Source: a virus (lineage: Duplodnaviria > Caudoviricetes). Taken from it: a stretch of DNA of 64,000 nucleotides. The DNA lies in IMG/VR virus record IMGVR_UViG_3300005259_000074, positions 64,001 through 128,000 of that record; one strand, given 5' to 3'. Shown here one piece after another: positions 35,890 through 44,357 of the stretch. A model generated the notes under the pieces. It saw nothing but the letters and a program-made list of their open reading frames with translations, ran no database searches and was not told the DNA's origin. The stretch's first letter is position 1; every line of letters begins with the position of its first letter. Both the position numbers and the translations under genes were made by a program.

Positions 35890-36435
35890 TCAGAAGCTCC
35901 GTTTCGCCACTAATATGTCGTCTTTCTCGTAGCCGTCTTCGAACGTGTAGGAGAACGCCTCTCCAAACACCTGCTCCAGGGCGCTCATTATGCCAGCTTC
36001 GTCGACCATGTTCCACTGTGGTATTCCACCCCTCCGGAAGTACCGGAAGTCATCGACCATGATCGTGTGGTCCCTACGATCCGGGTGTTTGGCTATCGCG
36101 CGGATCTCGGACAACACGGGGCAGCTGTCCGCGATGGGCTTTGGATCTATCGGGCTGTACGAGAAGTGGGAGTCGAGCCAGAAAGTAGCGGGGCCGGAGA
36201 ACCTAGAAAGCATGTCGGGCACACACTGAGAGCTGTCTCCGAAGAACAGAGACACCTGTGGGTAGTCTGCGAACTTCTTCTGGCACTTTCCGAACTTTAT
36301 CATGTTGCACTCGACGCTGTACGCCCGCTTGAAACCGCATTCCAGGGCCAGAGACACAGCTTCCCCCTCGCTGGTCCCAGTCTCGAAGAACACCGGGCTC
36401 ACGTACTTCTGCAGGACTTCTCTCGTCAACGGCAT
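35890..36435 (-). CDS. SAM-dependent methyltransferase-like protein
   Basis: FFETGT..G, SVE, GDS, FWLDSH, IMVDD motifs. Confidence 0.82.
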   Translation of the reverse strand: MPLTREVLQKYVSPVFFETGTSEGEAVSLALECGFKRAYSVECNMIKFGKCQKKFADYPQVSLFFGDSSQCVPDMLSRFSGPATFWLDSHFSYSPIDPKPIADSCPVLSEIRAIAKHPDRRDHTIMVDDFRYFRRGGIPQWNMVDEAGIMSALEQVFGEAFSYTFEDGYEKDDILVAKRSF

Positions 36436-36438
36436 CGC

Positions 36439-37314
36439 TCATCCCTCCTCTATGATCTTCAACAGATCTCTCGCTCTAGCGGCTACGGTGTGCCGCGCGG
36501 CGACTAAGTCTCTCGCGTTCTTCCCGACAGTCTTCCAAGCATCAGACTCTATCAGAGCGTCGATCTGTTCTAGCGATCTTATCTTACAGCAGGTGACACC
36601 GTCTTCGAAACCCAGCTCTCCCAGCTTCGCCATGTCGAACGTGATTATAGCAGCTCCGGCAGCTGCAGCTTCAAAGTACTTCGGCGGCACTAACCTATCG
36701 AAGACTCCACCCGAAGCGTAGTACTTAGCTGACGCTAACGCTCTCTCGTACTCGTCGGTGGTCAGCGCGTAGTTACCGAAAGTAGACGAGCACGACACCA
36801 CCGATTTCGGAAACTTCTTAGTCGCCACGTATTGGCTCACGATCCTCCTCAGGGGGTAGTTGTGGTTGACGCAGCCCGAGCACATGACCGACACGTCTCT
36901 GTCGGGGTTCCACTCTGGGACGCTCTCGACGAACCACGGTATGAAAGCGCACTTGATCCCCAAGTCTGATGCAAAAGCCTCGAAGTCTCTCGGGACTTCC
37001 TGCAGGAAGCACACTAAGTTGGGGCGGACTAACTTCGTCCAAGATTTCAGTTGAGACTCGTAATAGTCGCTGACAAACGTGTAGACGTACTCGGCGGGGC
37101 GGTGCTTCGGGACTGCATACAGCTGACAGTACGCTATGTCGTAGAACTCTCTCGGGACTTCGTACTCCTCGCACAGACGGTCCGAGCTGATCGGGTGCGG
37201 CGTTACGCTTGTACTCATCGCTCTCGGAAGAGCTGTGGCAATGCCCGTCTCCCAGAATTTGAAGTGGTCTGACTCACTCGCAGGTAAGTAGAAAGAAGCA
37301 ATGTGCAGATCCAT
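36439..37314 (-). CDS. Glycosyltransferase (GT-B, CgeB-like)
   Basis: G..N..YPLR, KYFEAAAAGA, HTVAARA; TAAATA at 37339-37344. Confidence 0.82.
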   Translation of the reverse strand: MDLHIASFYLPASESDHFKFWETGIATALPRAMSTSVTPHPISSDRLCEEYEVPREFYDIAYCQLYAVPKHRPAEYVYTFVSDYYESQLKSWTKLVRPNLVCFLQEVPRDFEAFASDLGIKCAFIPWFVESVPEWNPDRDVSVMCSGCVNHNYPLRRIVSQYVATKKFPKSVVSCSSTFGNYALTTDEYERALASAKYYASGGVFDRLVPPKYFEAAAAGAAIITFDMAKLGELGFEDGVTCCKIRSLEQIDALIESDAWKTVGKNARDLVAARHTVAARARDLLKIIEEG

Positions 37315-37714
37315 CGTTAGTTCCTCGGTTGAGCGAACTATTTACACGCATTTTTGAGTTCAAAATCCGGGTGCTGGATGATGATTCGCTCTCAGATGTG
37401 GTTCAACGTGGGGCAGATCACTACTAGCGGTCTGCGCCTCTGGAAACACGCGTACGCCACTCGAGACCGTGTGCGGTGATCTCCGTGCGATCTACTCGCT
37501 GACACTCTAAATGAAATCTAGAGGAGACTGTGAATTATCTGTAGATGAAAAATCCACCAGTTCAAAAATCTTCTTCTGAGCGGTATATTCAAGAGTTAAT
37601 CCGTTGGACGGTAAAGAATAGAGGAATTGAAATAGTATTAGTATCATTAAGAGATCGAGAGTACAGAACTACTGAATATTGATTTGGAGATACAGATTCG
37701 CGAAAAATCACGAG

Positions 37715-38353
37715 TCAGTTGAATACTGACGATGCCTGCTCAGAGTGCGAGACTAATTTTACTGACGCTATCATCGGCATGCACCACGTCCAAACTCGGT
37801 GTCTGCGGTAGACTTCTTCAAGCTCTCCGTACTTGTCGGCGTCGATCTTCTTCTCGCACAGTACCTTTCCCAACGACGCTCTGACGTTGTCGTTAGCGCC
37901 GGAGAATGGCGTCCAGTCCAGCTTGACTAATGTGTCGGTGGTGACCACGGGTAACGACGTGGTCTGCGTTACGGTCTGCCAGGTGATCACGTGGTCTAAG
38001 TGGCCGTACTCTCCGAACATGTTGTGGGTGAACACGCAGTCGCAACCGACAGACATAGACGTGATGTTCTTCGATATCTCCGAGAGGATGTCGCTGCGGA
38101 GGCCGTTCCTGTGGTTGACCTTCGCGAACTCGGAGTCGAAGGGGAGCACTCTGCGGTCAGCAGCTCTTATCCCGACTCTGTCGCACACTTCGAAGAGAGC
38201 GTCTTTCCTGTGCGCGCACCACTTCCTAACTGGGTTGTTCTCGTCGCTGGAGCACACTAAGATGCGCTTCTCCACCGTCGGGTCTAACAGCACGGCTGCG
38301 CCGAATATCAGCTCGTCGTCGGGATGAGACACTACGACTAAGACTCTAGACAC
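37715..38353 (-). CDS. PIG-L family deacetylase
   Basis: VVSHPDDELI, FTHN..GEYGHLDH. Confidence 0.88.
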   Translation of the reverse strand: MSRVLVVVSHPDDELIFGAAVLLDPTVEKRILVCSSDENNPVRKWCAHRKDALFEVCDRVGIRAADRRVLPFDSEFAKVNHRNGLRSDILSEISKNITSMSVGCDCVFTHNMFGEYGHLDHVITWQTVTQTTSLPVVTTDTLVKLDWTPFSGANDNVRASLGKVLCEKKIDADKYGELEEVYRRHRVWTWCMPMIASVKLVSHSEQASSVFN

Positions 38354-38365
38354 TAACGCACCTCG

Positions 38366-38680
38366 TCAGGAGTTCAACTTCTTCCACGCCGGCTCTGATG
38401 TCCCCTCGTCGAACCTAGCCAGCTCGAGGAGAGCGTACGATATCGTCAGTTCTGCCAACTCAGCGTCTCTGCAGGTGACTAATGCCGCTGGATCCATCTC
38501 GGGGTCGCCGTAGCAGTTGCACGCGAGAATTTTGCCCGCTTCTTCTGCGTCGAAGAACCGCTTGCTGGATGTCAGCGGACACCTGACTACGGAGCACTCG
38601 CAACTGGCTACGATTATCTCGGGATATCCGCACAGAGACATCCAGAGACACGATAAGAATCTGAACAGCTTGAACGCCAT
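38366..38680 (-). CDS. Hypothetical Cys-containing late protein
   Basis: GAGGAGG SD; TAAATA at 38705-38710. Confidence 0.72.
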   Translation of the reverse strand: MAFKLFRFLSCLWMSLCGYPEIIVASCECSVVRCPLTSSKRFFDAEEAGKILACNCYGDPEMDPAALVTCRDAELAELTISYALLELARFDEGTSEPAWKKLNS

Positions 38681-38727
38681 CGTGAGTCCTCCTCGGTGAC
38701 CGATTATTTACGGTTCCCGAGTCGGAA

Positions 38728-39300
38728 TCACTCCTCGAGTGCTGCTATGAAGTCGAGCGCCTGTACGACGTTGTTCGGGTGGAACACCCAGCGCTTGCCG
38801 CTGACTGACTCGAACCACTGTCTAGCTGTGTTAGTCTTCAGCTCCTTAGACATCGCTTGCCAGTCGGCGACCATCTCGGCGACGGCTTCTACTGGCATCT
38901 CGCGGACTTTTATCATCTTCTCTAGGCGATCGCGGTTCTTCGGGTCGAACACTATCGGGTCCTCGCTGTACGACTCAGGGTGGTGCCTGTTGTTGACCAC
39001 GTGGTGCAGCGTAGCGGCCCTTATAGACTCCTGGAGGTCAGCTGGGATAGCCAGGGGTGTGCCCTCGCGCTTGTTCTTGTACATCCAGTTGACCCACACG
39101 TAAGGTTCCTTCTCCTCTGCGTCGTTCAGCTTGCTGAAGTCGTGCATCCTCGGCATGTTGTCCAAGCCGAACTCGGCTGCCAGTTGCTGGTAGAACTCCT
39201 CGACGTACCCGATGTGCATCTTAGTGCGCGCGTCCGAGTATTTCTGCATCTCCGGTGTGATCTTCAAGTTCAGCGCTTCCATCATCTCTTCGAAAAGCAT
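38728..39300 (-). CDS. HD-like domain protein (DUF5662-type)
   Basis: H..V, HDFSK, HHVVNNRHHPE, EMVADW. Confidence 0.8.
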   Translation of the reverse strand: MLFEEMMEALNLKITPEMQKYSDARTKMHIGYVEEFYQQLAAEFGLDNMPRMHDFSKLNDAEEKEPYVWVNWMYKNKREGTPLAIPADLQESIRAATLHHVVNNRHHPESYSEDPIVFDPKNRDRLEKMIKVREMPVEAVAEMVADWQAMSKELKTNTARQWFESVSGKRWVFHPNNVVQALDFIAALEE

Positions 39301-39321
39301 GATTTCTATTTCCTCTCTGTG

Positions 39322-40188
39322 TTAAAGATCTACGAAATTATCGTAGATCATTGTCTCATAGTTGGTGATTATTAGTTCGTTCAACGCTAGACTATCTTTC
39401 CCATATTTGACTCCTCGACGAGAGTTAATCTTCTGTATGTAGAAATCATAGTATATTTTCTCTATGAAGTCGTCTCCTTCTATGTAAGAATTGCTGATCA
39501 TTGCCGAACATTTTTCGTGTCTTTTCAGACATTTCATCAACCTCAAGTGATCTTCAGGTGAAAATCCGCTTGCGTTATAAGAATCGAACGTCTTATAGTA
39601 CGGTGGATCGCAGTAGATGAATGCTCCATCATCGGCGTGTTTGTCTATGACCGTCTCAAAATCTTCATTCAATATCTCGATACATTCGAACATCGATGAT
39701 AGTTTCCTGATATTGTCTTCTTTAAATATCGTCTCAGATAAATGAGCTCTGTATGAAGAGTTGAACTCCCCTTTTGAGTTGAATCTGAACAATCCACAAT
39801 AACACGTCTTATTTAAAAACATTACTAAAGACGAACTAGCGATGATGTCTTCTTTTTTCAGAGAGTTGAATTCTCTCTTCTTAGAGTTGTAGAATTCGCG
39901 TTTGGATTCTAACGTCCCGCATGCATAGTATTCGTCTCGCAGCTCACGCAATGCGGATATCAGCTCTTCTTTAGAATCTCTTATAGCTATGTAACACGAG
40001 ATTAACATCTTGTTCTTATCGGAGACGACTATTTTTTGAGGATGATACTTTTCTACCACGTCTAATAACACTGAACCAGCTCCGACAAATGGTTCTATAT
40101 AAATGTCTATCTTCTCAGGAAAGTGTTCTCTGAGTTTTGGAAGAAGCTTTCTCTTTCCTCCTAACCACTTTAAAAACGGTTCTGGCAT
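39322..40188 (-). CDS. dam: DNA adenine methyltransferase (D12 class)
   Basis: LKWLGGK, EPFVGAGSV, FNSKGEFN, YCDPPY. Confidence 0.93.
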   Translation of the reverse strand: MPEPFLKWLGGKRKLLPKLREHFPEKIDIYIEPFVGAGSVLLDVVEKYHPQKIVVSDKNKMLISCYIAIRDSKEELISALRELRDEYYACGTLESKREFYNSKKREFNSLKKEDIIASSSLVMFLNKTCYCGLFRFNSKGEFNSSYRAHLSETIFKEDNIRKLSSMFECIEILNEDFETVIDKHADDGAFIYCDPPYYKTFDSYNASGFSPEDHLRLMKCLKRHEKCSAMISNSYIEGDDFIEKIYYDFYIQKINSRRGVKYGKDSLALNELIITNYETMIYDNFVDL

Positions 40189-40194
40189 ATTGTT

Positions 40195-40548
40195 CTAGAG
40201 TATCTCCAATGTGTAGTCTAATTCTTTGTCTTCCACGAGTTCGCGTGCGTTCACCAGAGTGCATATCCTGATGTGCATGTTTTTCAATCCGGTATCATAC
40301 AGGTGTTGGTGTTCACAACCCACAAATTCTTGGAACTATGAGGAGAACTACGACAGCAATACCTCCACGATTCACCAGCACCGGCTTGACATTCCACTAG
40401 GTTAGCTGCCAGCGTCTTCTCCTCAGCCGCGGCTAGTCCTTCAGTGTTGGGGGTAGTGCTTCTTGAAGTAGTCGTTAGTAAACAACGTCCCGTAGTACTA
40501 GTACCCGCTGTAGTACTTATTGTCAGACATCTCTTATTTTTCTTTCAT
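40195..40548 (-). pseudogene. Probable frameshifted C-tail family member
   Basis: 3' segment 40195-40323 ends KELDYTLEIL; Cys-bearing upstream segment lies in the adjacent frame. Confidence 0.4.
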
Positions 40549-40737
40549 CTCCTCGAGTTGTTTCTTCAGCTTCTCTACCAGCATTCCATTTTCGCACCAG
40601 TCTTCACAGAACAGCTCTCGACAGTGGCAGTAGTACTCCTCGAGCGCTCCTATGCATTCAGACAGCGCTGCTTTGACTCGCTCAGTCCTCCGGAATCTCT
40701 CCTCATCGGGACACATCCATGTCGGTCTGTTCTTCAT
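40534..40737 (-). CDS. Small Cys-containing hypothetical protein
   Basis: ATGA-coupled; ends QLEEMKEK. Confidence 0.7.
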   Translation of the reverse strand: MKNRPTWMCPDEERFRRTERVKAALSECIGALEEYYCHCRELFCEDWCENGMLVEKLKKQLEEMKEK

Positions 40738-40904
40738 CTTTCGTCTCTCAAGAGCCTTTCGAGTTTCTCGATAGTGTCTTCATCCCAACCTCGCTCTCTG
40801 ACTGATTGCAGGCGTTCTTGGATCATGCCTTCGGTGATGGTGAATTTCTTCCCTCGACAGGCTCTCAACTTGCGTTTGACACTCCTGTTGGTGTTGTGCT
40901 TCAT
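40734..40904 (-). CDS. 56-aa basic hypothetical protein
   Basis: ATGA overlaps on both sides; below track cutoff. Confidence 0.65.
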   Translation of the reverse strand: MKHNTNRSVKRKLRACRGKKFTITEGMIQERLQSVRERGWDEDTIEKLERLLRDER

Positions 40905-41080
40905 TCTCTTCCACCATCACACCTGTCTTCTAGTGGGCAGTCGGCCGGAAAACATAGCAGATCTTCACACGACATCTCACTTTCGCGCCGAGAGCAGATG
41001 TGTTCACCCCTCCAGCTCATTATGTTGACTTCGCGAAATGGGCATTTCGCGGGAGATTCGATTGTGTATATCTTAGACAT
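40901..41080 (-). CDS. 59-aa Cys-rich hypothetical protein
   Basis: CPFRE..C..C..FPADCPL; below track cutoff. Confidence 0.65.
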   Translation of the reverse strand: MSKIYTIESPAKCPFREVNIMSWRGEHICSRRESEMSCEDLLCFPADCPLEDRCDGGRE

Positions 41081-41090
41081 TCACTCTTCT

Positions 41091-41291
41091 TCAGCAGGGT
41101 TTGACGCCCTTCAAGCTCTTGGCTATCTTAGAGCACTCGGGACACGTCGGCTTTCCTCCTGCAGACTCCCACCCGAAGTCGTCTACCGAGTTCCACTTGT
41201 GGCCGCACACGGTGTAGTCGTCCCACGCTTCGTTGACGACGTGCACTATCCCATCAGCGGGGTTCTTGATCAACTTCAGTTTGCTCTTCAC
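41091..41291 (-). CDS. Small zinc-finger protein
   Basis: H..CG..CPEC. Confidence 0.75.
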   Translation of the reverse strand: MKSKLKLIKNPADGIVHVVNEAWDDYTVCGHKWNSVDDFGWESAGGKPTCPECSKIAKSLKGVKPC

Positions 41292-41310
41292 GTGTAAAGA
41301 CCCCTTATGT

Positions 41311-41604
41311 TTACTCTATTCTTTTCACTCTGTCTACCGAGATGGGCACAAAGACTGAGAACTGCCAACACACCATTCCTTCAGGTGGGTCAAACCCATA
41401 GTTATCTACATGGCTCCCTATTCCCTTTGGCTCGTACTCGACCTCTAGCAGCACTACTCCGAAGCTCTTAGGGAAGGGCTCCGGACTTAGGTAGGTATAT
41501 CTGTATGACGTATGCCCTCTCCTAGGAGTTGGTATTCCCCATAGCACACCCTCGGCTTGTATCTTCTTCCAATTCTCTTCTGTCGTGCGGTGGTAGAACT
41601 TCAT
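41311..41604 (-). CDS. Putative ADP-ribosyltransferase-fold protein
   Basis: N-terminal YHRT..I..EG.L and YTYLS resemble H-Y-type ART/Tpt1 proteins. Confidence 0.55.
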   Translation of the reverse strand: MKFYHRTTEENWKKIQAEGVLWGIPTPRRGHTSYRYTYLSPEPFPKSFGVVLLEVEYEPKGIGSHVDNYGFDPPEGMVCWQFSVFVPISVDRVKRIE

Positions 41605-42290
41605 GTTCTACCCTCTAGATAGTGCCTCTTGACGCTATCGTGCCCGGTGTGCAGTATGATCTCGTTCCCACACCCGATGTCTTTCTCGCACACGCAGAAC
41701 TGCGGAGGAAGCGTGTAAGCAGCGAACTCAGTGTTCCACATAGCCCTCCACATAGCAGTTGGCCCTCTCACCGGAGTATTCTCCATGATGGTAAGATACT
41801 CTTCGAGGACTCTTCTAGATTGGTCGTGACAAGTGTTGAATGCTATCGGTGACATGTTCACTGCGTAGCCGCACCCCATCGCTTCTAACAGACCGTCGGA
41901 GTCGGCGCCGACCGTGTTGTCGACCGACACTAAGTGCCTAGCGTTAGCTGGGACTAGCAGGCCGAACTGCTCTGCTAAGTACAGCAGCGATCTGACTCTC
42001 ACCGCATCTACTACTAGCATGTCTGTGTCTACTGCGATCGCTACGTCAGCTTTAGACTCCGCGAGTCCTTTGACTTTGTAGTAGTCGTTGCACCGCCAGC
42101 CGTACCTGGGGTGAGCTCTGTCGTAAGGAGGAATGGCCGTCTTGACGTTGAACTCGGGAGGTCCGTCTCCGAAGTCGTCGGTGTACAGCGTCCAAGACGC
42201 TTCCGGAAAAGCGCTCTTGAAGCTGCTGAAAGACGGTTCGAACGAAGTTGCCCTCCCTCCGAACTGAGCCATCACGAACTCGACTCTCAC
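41601..42290 (-). CDS. Glycosyltransferase-like protein (GT-A)
   Basis: DTD (DxD) motif and late H; similar to the neighbouring gene. Confidence 0.7.
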   Translation of the reverse strand: MRVEFVMAQFGGRATSFEPSFSSFKSAFPEASWTLYTDDFGDGPPEFNVKTAIPPYDRAHPRYGWRCNDYYKVKGLAESKADVAIAVDTDMLVVDAVRVRSLLYLAEQFGLLVPANARHLVSVDNTVGADSDGLLEAMGCGYAVNMSPIAFNTCHDQSRRVLEEYLTIMENTPVRGPTAMWRAMWNTEFAAYTLPPQFCVCEKDIGCGNEIILHTGHDSVKRHYLEGRT

Positions 42291-43048
42291 GCGTTCACCA
42301 CTTCTTTCAGTCTTCCCTTGTAGTGTAAGACTATCACGTCCGGGTCGTTCACCGCTCTGCGGATCTCCATCGAAGCCCTGTCGAAGCTCTGTGGGTCGCG
42401 CTGCTCGACCGATGGGCAGTAGTTGTACCCAGGTCCCAGGTCAGCTAGAGATATGTCGCCTGGCGTCTTCCCAGTCTTGACGTAGTCCTCCCATACTGCG
42501 CAGAAGAAGTCTTGCTCGGAGAACCACTCTAAGTGCAGAGGGTGGTTGAACTTGCGGCGGAACTTGACGTAGGGCTCCCACGTGGGGGTCTTCATCTGCT
42601 CTAGGTAGAACTTTAAGAAATCGCGAGTCTTAGCGTTCCACCTGAACGCCTCAAAACCGGTGTTTATGACGTACCAGTACTTGTAGTGGCGAGTCGTGAC
42701 AGCCCAGTCGAAGTCCATCTTGAAGCAAGAAGTGACGTCTCTCTTCGCTATCATGTCTGTGTCCATCGTCACAACGCGGTCTCCGACTTTAAGATCGAGA
42801 TCGCTGAGGGTGGATATCTTATCATAAGTCGGGAACTCCGACTTCTCGTAGTGCTTCCACGTCATCATACCCGGGTAGTTCTCGGATATCTCGGCGGCGA
42901 ACTCACCTCTGGAGTCGTCCCAAGCTTCTCCTGCCGCGTGGAACACCATCGTCACGTCTTTCGGCACGTTAGACAGCACGGACCTGACCATCGACTTAGT
43001 CATCGAGTCTATCTTCTTGTCGAATATGCAGTGTACTAACGTCTTCAT
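42287..43048 (-). CDS. Glycosyltransferase (GT-A, GT8-like)
   Basis: KI..L, MDTDMI, INTGF, SEQDF, YN, VLHYKG. Confidence 0.85.
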   Translation of the reverse strand: MKTLVHCIFDKKIDSMTKSMVRSVLSNVPKDVTMVFHAAGEAWDDSRGEFAAEISENYPGMMTWKHYEKSEFPTYDKISTLSDLDLKVGDRVVTMDTDMIAKRDVTSCFKMDFDWAVTTRHYKYWYVINTGFEAFRWNAKTRDFLKFYLEQMKTPTWEPYVKFRRKFNHPLHLEWFSEQDFFCAVWEDYVKTGKTPGDISLADLGPGYNYCPSVEQRDPQSFDRASMEIRRAVNDPDVIVLHYKGRLKEVVNA

Positions 43049-43935
43049 TTCTTTCCGTTCATCGTCGTCTCGAACATGTATTTAAACGATTCGACTTTGA
43101 CGTCCCACGACCAGCTCACCATCTTAGCGCTGACTTGTCTGCCGATGAACTCCCTGCGGGAGGAGTCGTCCATCTTCAGGTCGGCCAGCACATCTGCGAA
43201 AGCCTTGGCGTCTCTGTCGACTAAGAACTCTTCACTGACCATCTCGGCGGCAGCTCCGACTCGCGTCGACACTACCGGAGTCCCGCACGCCATCGCCTCC
43301 ATCGTCGGGTTGTTCTGCCCCTCTGATGCGGAAGCTATGCACAGCACGTCCAGACTCCTGTAGAAATCGGCCATCTCGTCTCGAGACAGCTTCTCCGCGT
43401 ACTTCAGCTCACAACCGGCTACTTCACATGCGCGCTTGACGACGTCGAATCCCTTGTCCCCACCTGATCTGGGGTTTCCCGCGACTCCGACTACCAGGCC
43501 GGAGTCTCTCCAGATGCGTTCTCCGACGTTGAATACCCTTAAGTCTATCCCGTGTTGGACGAGTAACACGCTGGGATCGACTTTTGCGAACTCGTCTTGG
43601 TGAGCTCTACACACCACGTGGAACACAGATGCTCGGTCTTTTACGTATCTGGCATAGTGTTTGTCGGCACCTTCGTTCTTCCAGGAGAACTCGCACCTTA
43701 TCCCAACGCACGTCTTGTCTCGTGGGACCGGTGGATTCCTCTCGAAGAGCCTAGTGTCCATCACGTAGACGCAGTCGAAAGCATCGTAGAACTTGGGATC
43801 TTTAGGAAATCCTATGTCTCTGTAAACGCACTGAGTCTCGTATTCCGGAGTCAACCGCTTCGATATCTCCCTCCTGTGGGAGTCGAACACCCAAGACGGT
43901 GTGTCAGCTAGGAACAAGAGTTTCTTCACACTCAC
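43045..43935 (-). CDS. Glycosyltransferase family 4 (GT-B)
   Basis: LDVLCIASASEGQNNPTMEAMACGTPVVSTRVG. Confidence 0.92.
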   Translation of the reverse strand: MSVKKLLFLADTPSWVFDSHRREISKRLTPEYETQCVYRDIGFPKDPKFYDAFDCVYVMDTRLFERNPPVPRDKTCVGIRCEFSWKNEGADKHYARYVKDRASVFHVVCRAHQDEFAKVDPSVLLVQHGIDLRVFNVGERIWRDSGLVVGVAGNPRSGGDKGFDVVKRACEVAGCELKYAEKLSRDEMADFYRSLDVLCIASASEGQNNPTMEAMACGTPVVSTRVGAAAEMVSEEFLVDRDAKAFADVLADLKMDDSSRREFIGRQVSAKMVSWSWDVKVESFKYMFETTMNGKK

Positions 43936-44357
43936 CTCAACTTCAGCTCTGCCATCTTCAACTCAGTCAGGTCTTCGAACTGGTCTGCTTCTGCTTCCAG
44001 AGCTCTCCCGAAGAGTGGGAGTCTGCGCAAAGAGTACTTGAAGAAGCCCATGCGCTTCAGCTGGAGCATGTGAGTCATCTCGTGGATGAGGACCTTCACC
44101 ATCATGCCTCGTTGACCTCGGAAGTCTGCTAAGAAGATAGTGTCAGGTTGGCTCGCGCAGAAACAGCCCAGAGTTGCGCCGTCGTCAGCCATGTGCGGGC
44201 ACCAGTACACGTCGATGGCCGCTATGTCTATCTCAGCATGGTCTCTGAACCTCGAGTCTGACGCGAACACCGCTGAGCAAGTCCTGGTGAAGTATCCTAG
44301 TTCTTCGATGTCTATGTGGTATGCGCCTCTGGTGTAGAAGTACGAGGGGAAGATCAC
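43932..44357 (-). CDS. HExxH zinc metallopeptidase-like protein
   Basis: LIHEMTHMLQ plus downstream EAEA. Confidence 0.8.
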   Translation of the reverse strand: MIFPSYFYTRGAYHIDIEELGYFTRTCSAVFASDSRFRDHAEIDIAAIDVYWCPHMADDGATLGCFCASQPDTIFLADFRGQRGMMVKVLIHEMTHMLQLKRMGFFKYSLRRLPLFGRALEAEADQFEDLTELKMAELKLR

